DNA of 64,000 nt from an uncultured bacterium (lineage in GTDB: Bacteria; Desulfobacterota_D; UBA1144; Nemesobacterales; UBA2774): the NCBI GenBank assembly GCA_963825135.1, contig CAWGRW010000009.1:352001-416000 (forward strand). Reading direction: 5' to 3'. Each line of letters opens with the position of its first letter. Within the stretch, counting starts at the first letter, position 1. Below, piece after piece: positions 51,466 to 60,597 of this stretch. The notes under the pieces were generated by a model, which did no database searches, was not told the DNA's origin, and worked only from the letters and a program-made list of their open reading frames with translations. Made by a program: the position numbers and the translations under genes.

Positions 51466-53292
51466 CTACGCGGGCTCGCTCACGCTCGTGCCTGCCGCGA
51501 TTTCGATGACGAGCGCAACGAGACAGTGGCCCGGCTGCGGAGCGGGCGGGTTATCGTTCGCGAAGGCGAGGAGGTCCCCGTTCTCCTTTATAAGGAATAG
51601 CGGAATCGCATTATCCCCGTAACGGCCGCTGAACGCGCTGAAGTCGAACTCGGGCGTCATATACGTCTTCTTCACCACGCCCCCGGAACCGAACTTTGCG
51701 GAGATATTCTCGTAGGTCGCTTCCGGACGGAACAAAAACCTCCCCGAAAGCTCGGACACGTAATGCTCTTCATCCGGATTTTGCCAGCCCGACCGCCTCG
51801 GAAGCTGATAGACCTGGGACCTGCCGAAGGGCTCGGCGAAGCTTAGCGCCGCGAGGGAATTCACCTCGTCGTTCGACGTGATAGCGAGGAGCTTTCCTAT
51901 GCCCTCGCAGTCTATGTACTCGGCTACGTCGTCGAGAAGGATATTTTTATAATAGGCGTTCAGTCCTTCCCTGCGCGCGGAGGATACGTTCTCCCAGTGT
52001 GAATCGACGAGGGACACCTTGAAACCGTCGTCCTGGAGGAATTTCGCTATCGCCCTGGCCCAGTCGTGCGCGCCCACGAAGAGTACGCCCTGGGGGTCGG
52101 GCTTCGCTATGCCGAGCTTCTTCGCAATAACGGGCGCGGTCAGGCCGTAAACGAGTACCGTCGCCGTGATCACGAGAAACGTAATGCTGACGAGGTGACC
52201 CGCCTGCGTGAACCCGCTGCCCACAAGCTTCAGACCGAAGACCGAGGCTACGGCCGCCGCCACGATGCCGCGCGGGGCCATACACGAAAGAAACAGCTTC
52301 TCCTTTAACTGCAGGCCGCTCCCCCGTGTGGACAGGAATACGGAAAGCGGCCTCGCGATAAAGATCAACACCCCGAGGAAAAGCGCGCTCTTGTACGTAA
52401 ATATAAAATCCAGATCTTTAAGCGTGAGCCTCGAAGCCAGGATAATAAAGAGGCTCGAAATGAAGAGCACCCGGAGCGTCTCCTTGAATTCCATGATGCG
52501 CTTCACGCTCACCGTCTTCTGGTTCGCGAGAACGATGCCCATTATCGTGACGGTGACGAAACCCGATTCCCGCTGTATATAGTCCGAGAGCACGAAAGAG
52601 GCGATTAGTATCATGAGCGTGACCGGGTTCTGGAGGTAGTCGGGGACCCAGTATTTCCTCAATACGGTTATTAGCGCCCGCGCCCCGGCTACGCCGACCG
52701 CGCCTCCCACGATTACGGTCTTGAGCACGCTGAAAGCGACCTGCTCCGACGCCTCTATGACGCCGCCCGCTATGACCGACTGGAATACCAGGACCGCGAG
52801 CACCGCCCCGATAGGATCGATCACTATCCCCTCCCATTTCATTATCGAGTCCATCCTCCCGGACGCCCTTATGTTCCGCAGGAGCGGCATGATAACGGTG
52901 GGACCGGTCACGACGAGGATGGCCCCGAGGAGTACCGCAATCTGGTGGTCGAACCCGAAAAGAAAGTATGCAGCTGCGGCGGTTACGGCCCAGGTGACCA
53001 GGACCCCGACAGTTACGAGGCTTACGACCACCCTCCTTATCTCCCTCAGCTCGGAGAACTTGAGGTTCATGCCGCCCTCGAACAATATCACGGCGACACA
53101 GACCGAGACCACCGGCAGGAGTATGCGCCCGAATATCTTGTCCGGGTCTATCAGCCCCGTAACCGGGCCCGCGACGAAGCCCGAGGCCAGGAGCAGAAGG
53201 ATTGCAGGTATCCTGAGCCGCCAGGAGACCCAGTAGGCGCCTATGCCGAGCACTATTATCGCGGCCAATCCGATTAGAAAGCTTTCGCCCAT
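51466..53292 (-). CDS. CPA1 (NhaP-type) cation:proton antiporter with C-terminal Rossmann/RCK-like domain
   Basis: ILFEGG, VTGPTVI, WEGIVIDP, APRGIVAA. Confidence 0.9.
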   Translation of the reverse strand: MGESFLIGLAAIIVLGIGAYWVSWRLRIPAILLLLASGFVAGPVTGLIDPDKIFGRILLPVVSVCVAVILFEGGMNLKFSELREIRRVVVSLVTVGVLVTWAVTAAAAYFLFGFDHQIAVLLGAILVVTGPTVIMPLLRNIRASGRMDSIMKWEGIVIDPIGAVLAVLVFQSVIAGGVIEASEQVAFSVLKTVIVGGAVGVAGARALITVLRKYWVPDYLQNPVTLMILIASFVLSDYIQRESGFVTVTIMGIVLANQKTVSVKRIMEFKETLRVLFISSLFIILASRLTLKDLDFIFTYKSALFLGVLIFIARPLSVFLSTRGSGLQLKEKLFLSCMAPRGIVAAAVASVFGLKLVGSGFTQAGHLVSITFLVITATVLVYGLTAPVIAKKLGIAKPDPQGVLFVGAHDWARAIAKFLQDDGFKVSLVDSHWENVSSARREGLNAYYKNILLDDVAEYIDCEGIGKLLAITSNDEVNSLAALSFAEPFGRSQVYQLPRRSGWQNPDEEHYVSELSGRFLFRPEATYENISAKFGSGGVVKKTYMTPEFDFSAFSGRYGDNAIPLFLIKENGDLLAFANDNPPAPQPGHCLVALVIEIAAGTSVSEPA

Positions 53293-53523
53293 ACAGAGTC
53301 CCCGGGAATCCCCGTCTTTTATCGTTCCTTATCTATATCGATGAGTTATACATTCCTCGCGGCCCGCCCGGCAGTCGCCCGGCGGACATACCTGTCTTAA
53401 TTGTATGAACTTTCCGGTATTTAATCCAGAGGTATTCGGGCGCGGACGCAGAATCGGTAAAATTTCGCGGCGGAATGTAACTTGATTTCTGAATTCCCCG
53501 GCCGTCAGGGATACTAAAGGTAT

Positions 53524-54879
53524 ATGGCTGTGTCGAGCGAAAGCGGTCATGAACATCACGTAGTCATACTCGGGGGAGGTTTCGGGGGGCTCTATGCCTC
53601 AAAGGAGCTTTCCCGCGCGGGGATCGGGGTAACCCTCATCGACAGGAGGAACTTCCACCTCTTCCAGCCGCTCCTCTATCAGGTAGCCGCGGGCTGGCTC
53701 TCGCCGGGGGAGATAGCGTCCCCGCTCCGGATGGTGCTGAGCAGGTACAAAAACACGCGGGTATATCAGGCTGAGGTGACCGACATACTGCCCGACGAAA
53801 AGGCTGTCGTGCTCAGGGACGGCATAGTCACTTACGACACGCTCGTAGTCGCAACCGGGTCAAGCCACCACTACTTCGGACACGAGGAGTGGGCGAGGAC
53901 CGCGCCGGGGCTGAAAACAGTCGAGGACGCTCTCGAAATGAGGAGAAAGATACTCCTCTCTTTCGAGGCGGCCGAGCGGGAGCCCGACCCCGAAATACAA
54001 AAAGAGTGGATGACTTTCCTGATAATCGGAGCGGGGCCGACGGGCGTGGAATTGGCGGGGACCCTGGGCGAGCTGTCGCGCACGACGCTCAGACGCGATT
54101 TCAGGAACATCGATACGGCGAAGGCCGAAATAATCCTGGTCGAAGGCCGGGACCAGGTCCTCCCCTCCTACCCCGGGGACTTGTCTGAAAAAGCGGCCGA
54201 ATCGCTCCGCAGGCTGGGGGTCACCATAAGACTCGACACAATGGTCACGGGGATTGAGGGGAATAAGGCGGTCCTCGTCAGGGGCGGCGTACGGGAAGAG
54301 ATAGTGTCGAGGACCATACTCTGGACGGCCGGAGTGAAGGCCTCGCCCCTCGGCAGGGTGCTTGCAAATAGAGCGGGCGCTGCGCTCGACCCCGGCGGGA
54401 GGGTCATCGTCGGGCCCGACCTCACAATCCCGGGCCGACCGGACATTTTCGTTATAGGAGACCTCGCAAGTTTCTCGCCCGAGGGCGGGAAACCCCTCCC
54501 CGGCGTAGCACCCGTCGCGATGCAGGAAGGCAGGTACGTGGCGGAGCTTATCAGTAACAGGCTCTCGGGAAAAGAGACCAGGCCCTTCAGGTACGTCGAT
54601 AAGGGGAGCCTCGCTGTGATAGGACGGAACGCAGCCGTGGCCGACCTCGGCAGGATAAGGCTTTCCGGCCTGCCCGCGTGGCTCATATGGGCCTTCGTCC
54701 ACATCAGCTACCTCATCGAGTTCGACAACAAGGTGCTGGTGCTCTTCCGGTGGGCGTGGAACTACTTCACGAGGAAAAGGGGAGTGAGGCTGATAACGGG
54801 CGAGTACCCGTCGTCTCTCGTCGGCAATAAAAACGGCGGGCCCGGCGAAAAGCGTGATAACGCTCCGTACAAAGGCTGA
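53524..54879 (+). CDS. ndh: Type II NADH:quinone oxidoreductase
   Basis: GGGFGG, FQPLLYQVA, GAGPTGVE, WTAGV, APVAMQEG. Confidence 0.9.
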   Translation: MAVSSESGHEHHVVILGGGFGGLYASKELSRAGIGVTLIDRRNFHLFQPLLYQVAAGWLSPGEIASPLRMVLSRYKNTRVYQAEVTDILPDEKAVVLRDGIVTYDTLVVATGSSHHYFGHEEWARTAPGLKTVEDALEMRRKILLSFEAAEREPDPEIQKEWMTFLIIGAGPTGVELAGTLGELSRTTLRRDFRNIDTAKAEIILVEGRDQVLPSYPGDLSEKAAESLRRLGVTIRLDTMVTGIEGNKAVLVRGGVREEIVSRTILWTAGVKASPLGRVLANRAGAALDPGGRVIVGPDLTIPGRPDIFVIGDLASFSPEGGKPLPGVAPVAMQEGRYVAELISNRLSGKETRPFRYVDKGSLAVIGRNAAVADLGRIRLSGLPAWLIWAFVHISYLIEFDNKVLVLFRWAWNYFTRKRGVRLITGEYPSSLVGNKNGGPGEKRDNAPYKG

Positions 54880-54880
54880 C

Positions 54881-55366
54881 TCAAAATTCCTGCCTCCCGA
54901 AACCGAGCTTCCTTTCCAGGTAAACGACCCCACGGAGCGTCGCGAGCGTAATGATGGTCACGCCCACTGCAAGAAGGAGCTTGGATAGGGCGACGCAAAT
55001 TCCGACCGAGGCGACGAAGAGCAGCGCCGCCGCGGTCGTAAGACCCTTGACCCTGTCCTCCGAGCCTCGCCTGATTATCGTACCCGCCCCGAGAAAGCTC
55101 ACGCCCGTGATTATCGCGCCTATGATCCTGAGCGGGTCCGAGCCTAAAGCGACGTCGCTCAGGCCGAAGTCCGGGACCATGATCTTGCCTAGCGATACGA
55201 GGAGCGTCGCCGACCCGGCCACGAGCATGTGAGTGCGGATACCGGCGGGCTTGTCGGCGAGCTCCCGGTCGAAGCCCACGGCCGCACCCAGGAGCATGGA
55301 TATCAGGACGTACAGGAGTATCTTGAGCTCGAGCGGGAGGGAATTGATGATCTGCATGAAATCCAT
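54881..55366 (-). CDS. MgtC/SapB family protein
   Basis: KPAGIRTHMLV, DPLRI...IITGVSFLGAG, GLTTAA. Confidence 0.9.
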   Translation of the reverse strand: MDFMQIINSLPLELKILLYVLISMLLGAAVGFDRELADKPAGIRTHMLVAGSATLLVSLGKIMVPDFGLSDVALGSDPLRIIGAIITGVSFLGAGTIIRRGSEDRVKGLTTAAALLFVASVGICVALSKLLLAVGVTIITLATLRGVVYLERKLGFGRQEF

Positions 55367-55409
55367 TCTGCGAACCCCCCGGAATTAAGCGATTTTAAGA
55401 ATTGCGGCC

Positions 55410-55727
55410 CTATTCGCGGTCCATAAGCTTTCCCGCGAGCACGCCTATGAGGAAAGCGATCAATACGCTCAGCAGCGGTTTCCGGGTGATCCGGCTCTCG
55501 ACGGCGTCGATACCGCTGCCCCCCATCCTGCGCGCGCTTGCGAGTCCTCCGCCGAGCTCCGCGTGGAGCCTCTTCGCTTCGTGCCCGAGCCTCTTGTTCC
55601 CCGACTTGTAAGCCTTTCGGCTGATATCGAGTATGTTGTCGGAAACGTTCGAGAATTCGTGTCTCAGCCTCTGCACTTCGTCCTTTAGCGTATCGATGTT
55701 CTCTTTGACCCGTCCGTTATCTTTCAT
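55410..55727 (-). CDS. DUF883/ElaB-YqjD-like protein
   Basis: Helical N-terminus; I..KPL.SVLIAF..G.L.G C-terminal anchor. Confidence 0.65.
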   Translation of the reverse strand: MKDNGRVKENIDTLKDEVQRLRHEFSNVSDNILDISRKAYKSGNKRLGHEAKRLHAELGGGLASARRMGGSGIDAVESRITRKPLLSVLIAFLIGVLAGKLMDRE

Positions 55728-55872
55728 GTCCGTCTCCCTGTTGTTTTAAGTATGGAACTTGCGCTTATGGGTGTCAAGGAATATTTCACGAGGCGCGGTG
55801 GCACACATTGTGTGCTGATATACGGTTCTTCCGAACCCTCTTCCGCTAAATCAAGCGGAGGCGGCCCGCCGT

Positions 55873-55933
55873 CCCGTTTCGTCCCGGGCAGGAGCCTGTC
55901 CCGAGCTTGTCGAAGGCTCGAAGGATGAACGGG
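55873..55933. repeat. REP-like element (CCGTT(T)CGTCC..GAGCTTGTCGAAGG..GAACGGG type)
   Basis: Related inverted half at ~35897-35922 (CCTTAGACAGGCTCAGGACGAACGG). Confidence 0.55.
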
Positions 55934-55968
55934 TAAGATTATGCAGGGACGCCCCGGAGGGATTATAA

Positions 55969-55997
55969 TTGACATTGACCCGGAACATCTGTACTTT
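55969..55997 (+). promoter_or_regulatory. Sigma70-type promoter for tatA
   Basis: TTGACA-17 nt-TACTTT. Confidence 0.55.
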
Positions 55998-56017
55998 ATA
56001 TGTGGAGAGGTAACAGC

Positions 56018-56260
56018 ATGTTTGGACATTTAGGGCTACCAGAGCTTTTAATATTATTGGTGATTCTGCTATTAGTCTTCGGCCCCAGCAGGTTGGGTGA
56101 CCTCGGCTCTTCCCTGGGCAAGGGGATTAAGGGGTTCAGGAAATCCATGAAGGACGACGAGATAGACGTCACCCCCGGGAAGGAAGAATCGAAGAAGATC
56201 AACGACCCCAACCTCGAGACCACCGGCACTCCTTCCGAGAGCAAAAAGAACGTCCAGTAA
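56018..56260 (+). CDS. tatA: Twin-arginine translocase TatA/E subunit
   Basis: MFGHLGLPELLIILVILLLVFGPSRL..LG..LGKGIKGFRK. Confidence 0.9.
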   Translation: MFGHLGLPELLILLVILLLVFGPSRLGDLGSSLGKGIKGFRKSMKDDEIDVTPGKEESKKINDPNLETTGTPSESKKNVQ

Positions 56261-56391
56261 ATCCCCCGCCGTCAGTATCTAAAGTAAACCGGACCCGGCA
56301 GAACAACGGCACGGGAAAGTCTTATATACCGGACCAAACGCCCGAAGCAAAGGGATCGCGAAGAGTTAGCGCGCGAGCGCGGCCCCCCGGC

Positions 56392-57681
56392 CTACGCCCA
56401 CTCGCCCAGGGTCTTCCTCTCGAACGGGCATCCGCCCAGGCGCACATGGTCCTCGAACTCGTGACGGAATTTCTTGACTATAGATTCGATGGGCATGGCG
56501 CACCCGTCGGCGAGCGCGCAGATAGTGGTCCCCCTCATCTGAAAGCACGCGTCGAGCAGCGTGTCTATGTGCTCCATCCTCCCCTTCCCCTGCTCTATGT
56601 CCGTGAGCATCTTCTCAAGCCACCATGTGCCTTCCCTGCACTGAACGCACTGCCCGCAGGACTCGTCCCTGTAAAAATGGGCCAGGTTCTGGGCGACCCT
56701 CACCATGCACGTGGTGTCGTCCATCACCGTTACGCCCGCCGTCCCGAGCATCGATCCGACGGCGGCGAGGGAATCGAAATCCATCGTTATGTCGAGCTCG
56801 TCGGCCGAGAGCACGGCCGCCGAAGAGCCTCCGGGAGATACGGCTTTGACGCTCCTCCCGCCGGGTACGCCTTCCCCGTACTCGTTGATAAGACTGCGGA
56901 GCGTGATACCGAGAGGCAGCTCGTAGAGACCGGGCTTGTTAATATTGCCGCATAGGCCGTAGATCTTGGTGCCCGTGTTCTTGGGTATGCCTATGGAAGA
57001 GAACCACTCGGAGCCCCTGTTGATAATATGAGGGACGCACGCGAGCGTCTCCACGTTGTTTATGATGGTCGGGCATCCGAAGAGCCCTATCTGGGCGGGG
57101 AACGGCGGCTTCGGCCTGGGCTCTCCGTTCTTTCCTTCTATGGATTCGAGGAGCCCCGTCTCCTCTCCGCATATGTACGCGCCCGCGCCCCTGAAGAGCA
57201 CGATGTCGAGGTCGAATCCTGAATTGAGAATGTTCTTTCCGAGATAGCCCTTTTCGTACGCCTCCCTGATCGCGCCCTCTACAATCCCGGCGCCGTAGGG
57301 CATCTCTCCCCTTATATATATGTAAGACTTGTGCGAATTTATCGTGTAGCAGCCGATGATGATGCCTTCGAGCATCTGATGAGGGTCGCGCTCGAGTATC
57401 TCCCTGTCCTTGAAGCTCCCGGGCTCGCTCTCGTCGGCGTTGCAGCAGAGGTATATCGGTTTTTTGGAATCCCTCTGTATGAACCCCCACTTCACCCCGG
57501 TCGGGAACCCCGCGCCTCCCCTCCCCCTGAGGCCCGCCTTCTTTATCTCCTCTATTATTTCATCGGGTTTCATCCCGAGCGCCTTCGGGAGCGCCGTATA
57601 GCCGCCCCGGGATATGTACGAGCCTATGGTGTGCGAGTCGGGCACATCGACGTACGTGCGTAGTATTCTCAATTCGGGCAT
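56392..57681 (-). CDS. nuoF: NADH-quinone oxidoreductase subunit F
   Basis: GLRGRGGAGFP, NADESEPG, GAGAYICGEET, ESCGQCVQCREG, TICAL. Confidence 0.9.
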   Translation of the reverse strand: MPELRILRTYVDVPDSHTIGSYISRGGYTALPKALGMKPDEIIEEIKKAGLRGRGGAGFPTGVKWGFIQRDSKKPIYLCCNADESEPGSFKDREILERDPHQMLEGIIIGCYTINSHKSYIYIRGEMPYGAGIVEGAIREAYEKGYLGKNILNSGFDLDIVLFRGAGAYICGEETGLLESIEGKNGEPRPKPPFPAQIGLFGCPTIINNVETLACVPHIINRGSEWFSSIGIPKNTGTKIYGLCGNINKPGLYELPLGITLRSLINEYGEGVPGGRSVKAVSPGGSSAAVLSADELDITMDFDSLAAVGSMLGTAGVTVMDDTTCMVRVAQNLAHFYRDESCGQCVQCREGTWWLEKMLTDIEQGKGRMEHIDTLLDACFQMRGTTICALADGCAMPIESIVKKFRHEFEDHVRLGGCPFERKTLGEWA

Positions 57682-57990
57682 TTCATACCTCGGACACACA
57701 GGTGTGTTTTATGATTTCTTTGTGATCTCTCTGCAATCCCTGATATCGTCACCCTGAACTTGTTTCAGGGCCACATCTTTAAACCAACCCCAAAGAACCC
57801 CAGTAATTTTATATGGGTTTTACGAAGCATCAAGTTTGGATTAGCTTGCACTCCAGCGCACAAGAAGGTACGAAATAGATCTTCCCCCTTAGAAAAAGGG
57901 GGATTGAGGGGGATTTAAATTCATATTTTTGAGAGAAAAAATTAAGTGAAAGGAAATGAATAAAAGATAAATCCACCCTCACCCTGACCC

Positions 57991-58081
57991 TAATTTGGTT
58001 TTGGCAGCGTTGAGTCGGAAGTTAAGGTGCTTCTGTGTCTCTGATCTGGGTCAACCGAATGCTCACTTGCTCACATTCGTT
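57991..58081 (+). mobile_element. Solo 91-nt hairpin-GTT element inside a REP-like palindrome
   Basis: TAATTTGG...AACC-GAATG(CTCACTTGCTCA)CATTC-GTT between CCCTCACCCTGACCC and CCCTCAAGGGAGAGGG. Confidence 0.65.
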
Positions 58082-58154
58082 CCCTCAAGGGAGAGGGAAA
58101 CAACTTCATAGAGTTGGCCGGGCAGTAGAGAAACGCAGCAACCGTAAAACCACG

Positions 58155-59366
58155 CTATGTGTAGCCCAGGAGCGTATCGACCGTGTACCTCGCGAAGGCC
58201 ATCGAGCAGGTGAAGGCGGGGGATATCGCGTTCAGTATGTGAATCGAGTCTCCGTCCCTTATCACGACGAAATCAGTCACGAGCTTTTTCGTATCCCAGT
58301 CGACGAGCTGGGGGCGTATGCCGCTCTTGGGCGTGTCCTCCATGTCGTCGATCCCGATTTCGGGAAGAAGCCCCCTCGCCTCTTTCCAGAGATTCCGCGC
58401 CGAATACTTCCTTATTTCCGTAAGGGCCGCGCCCCTGAAGGCGTCGTTCGCGAAGAAGAGCACGCCGTCCCGGAAGAGTATCGAGAGCGATTCAAGAGAG
58501 AGGTCGTCCATGAACCCGTATTCCTCCCTGCCGAGGACGGGGATCGCCGTCGGGCCTATGTACACGTCGTCCCTGACGCTCCTAGTGAAGTGCACCCCCA
58601 GGAACGGGTTCCTCAGGTCGGGGACCGGGTATATGTTCCCCCTCACGAGATATGATTTTTCTTTTTTGAGTTTTTTGTACGTGCCCTTGAACGGGAGCAC
58701 CCTGTAGTTCCCGCCTATGCCGAACGCCGCGGCCACCCTGTCGGCGAACGTACCCGCCGCGTTGACGAGCCTTGCGAACCTGATGTTCCCCGCGCTCGTG
58801 ACGGCCGTGCCCGTGCCCGCGAGCGAGACAAAAGAAGTCCCGAAGAGGAACCTGACCCTTCCCCCATCTTCGAGCTCTCTTTTCAACTCACCGAGGATTT
58901 GTATCGGGTCTACGACGGCGGTGTCCGGGGAATAAAGCGCGCTCTCTCTCGGCGCGGCGTGGGGTTCGAGGTCAAGGAGCTCTTTCGTGTCTATGAGATA
59001 CGACCTCGCCCCCGAGGAGTCCGCCCTCCGTTTGAGCTCGTCGAGCGCCCATTCCTTTTCGTCCGTATCGGGCACTATCACCTTTCCGGTCTCTTTGAGC
59101 GTGAGCCCCCTCTCCCTGCAGTACTCCTTCATGAGCCGGTTCCCCTCGACGCAGAACCTGGCCCTGTTCGTGCCGGGGGAGTAGTAGATGCCCGCGTGGA
59201 GCACCCCGCTGTTCCTCCCGCTCGCGTGCGCGCCCAACCCCTGCTCCTTCTCGATGACGAGGATATCGTCCGCCCCGCGGCCGACGAGCTCCCTCGCCGC
59301 GGCCAACCCCGTTATCCCCGCGCCCACGATGAGTATGTCACAGCCGTCTTTATTACGCGCGCTCAT
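58155..59366 (-). CDS. lhgO: L-2-hydroxyglutarate oxidase-like FAD oxidoreductase
   Basis: GAGITG, HASGRNSGVLHAGIYY, IYPVPD..NPFLGVHFT, GIRPQ, NAISPAFT. Confidence 0.85.
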   Translation of the reverse strand: MSARNKDGCDILIVGAGITGLAAARELVGRGADDILVIEKEQGLGAHASGRNSGVLHAGIYYSPGTNRARFCVEGNRLMKEYCRERGLTLKETGKVIVPDTDEKEWALDELKRRADSSGARSYLIDTKELLDLEPHAAPRESALYSPDTAVVDPIQILGELKRELEDGGRVRFLFGTSFVSLAGTGTAVTSAGNIRFARLVNAAGTFADRVAAAFGIGGNYRVLPFKGTYKKLKKEKSYLVRGNIYPVPDLRNPFLGVHFTRSVRDDVYIGPTAIPVLGREEYGFMDDLSLESLSILFRDGVLFFANDAFRGAALTEIRKYSARNLWKEARGLLPEIGIDDMEDTPKSGIRPQLVDWDTKKLVTDFVVIRDGDSIHILNAISPAFTCSMAFARYTVDTLLGYT

Positions 59367-59435
59367 ATACGATTCTTCCATAATTCATCTAGCAGGACAA
59401 CAGCCGAAATCCGCCCCGGTATCCGTCTTTTTCTT

Positions 59436-59556
59436 TCCGACATTACAGAATTTGCGTTAAGAAAATCGCGTGTTTAAGCGTTAAGAAATCTTTGAGCAGT
59501 CCAATTGAAAGATTTTAGCTTAAACACAAGATTTTTAGCGTAATTCTGTAGTCGGA
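59436..59556. repeat. ~120-bp AT-rich imperfect palindrome
   Basis: TCCGAC(AT)TACAGAATT...GTGTTTAAGC...AAATCTTT arm pairs with AAAGATTT...GCTTAAACAC...AATTCTGTAGTCGGA. Confidence 0.75.
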
Positions 59557-59668
59557 TGATTTTTGCTTCTTTTCATCTAGGAAAAGAAGTATACAAAAAA
59601 CATCCTTTCACCGTTCTTTGTCTTTTCGTCTAGGAAAAGAGGAAATAAATATCCTGCCTTTCTCTTTC

Positions 59669-60583
59669 TCAATCCTTCTTCTTCCGCCCGCTCCCGGACT
59701 TCATTATCCATTCGACGACCGTATCGACGGTGAAGGACGGGTTCTCCATGCAGTCGTGCTTTGCGCCGGGAATGAACCTGAGCTCGGCCTTCCTGTTCCC
59801 CGCTTTCTTCAGTATGCCGAGCAGCTCACGGACCTCATCGGCCGCAACGACGTCGTCACTCTCCCCGTGGATGAAGAGGACGGGGACCTTCACCCCTGCG
59901 ATTATCTCGTTCGTCTTCGCGTTCTGCGCCTCGGGGCTCCTCATGTACCACCACGTCCTGTACGTGAACATCTCGCAGTCCGAAGGTCCGAACGAAGGCC
60001 CCCACGCCCTGTACACGATGAAGACCCTGTCGTTCTTCGTCTCGGCGGGGTCAGGCTTCAGCACCTTCTTCGCGATCTCGTATATGTGCTCGTACGACGG
60101 GATGCTCTGCCACCTGTCGAGCCTCCGCTTGTGCGAGAGCGGCAGGGACGAAGAGCACCCTTCGAGTATGAGCCCTTTTATGTTCTTGTGGGCGCCGCGG
60201 ACGGCGTAATAGACGCTTATGTTAGCCCCAAGGCTCCAGCCGAGGACGTAGATTTTTTTGAACCCTTCATTCACGAGCGCGTCGACCGCCGCGTCTATGT
60301 CGAGCACGGACTCGTCGAACACGCCCCCACCGAATATCTGTCCCGTGAACGCGAGCCTGGTGTTTATCGAGAGAGAGCTTATCCCCCGCTCGACGAGCGC
60401 ATTCGGCAGGAGCCTCGGCGTACCCCTCGCGAGGAAGTGGCCGAGCACCCCGTGGACGATGAGCACTATGGGCGTGTTATAGAGCTCTTTTTCATTTTTG
60501 AATTCGCCCGATACGAGGACGGCGTTTATAAGGAAACCGTCCGGGGCGCTGAAGTCGAAAAGCTTTCTCTGTCTCGGAACCAT
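59669..60583 (-). CDS. Alpha/beta hydrolase
   Basis: VHG, GWSLG nucleophile elbow, IHGESDDVV, GAKH. Confidence 0.85.
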   Translation of the reverse strand: MVPRQRKLFDFSAPDGFLINAVLVSGEFKNEKELYNTPIVLIVHGVLGHFLARGTPRLLPNALVERGISSLSINTRLAFTGQIFGGGVFDESVLDIDAAVDALVNEGFKKIYVLGWSLGANISVYYAVRGAHKNIKGLILEGCSSSLPLSHKRRLDRWQSIPSYEHIYEIAKKVLKPDPAETKNDRVFIVYRAWGPSFGPSDCEMFTYRTWWYMRSPEAQNAKTNEIIAGVKVPVLFIHGESDDVVAADEVRELLGILKKAGNRKAELRFIPGAKHDCMENPSFTVDTVVEWIMKSGSGRKKKD

Positions 60584-60597
60584 ATAAGACCGTCCGT

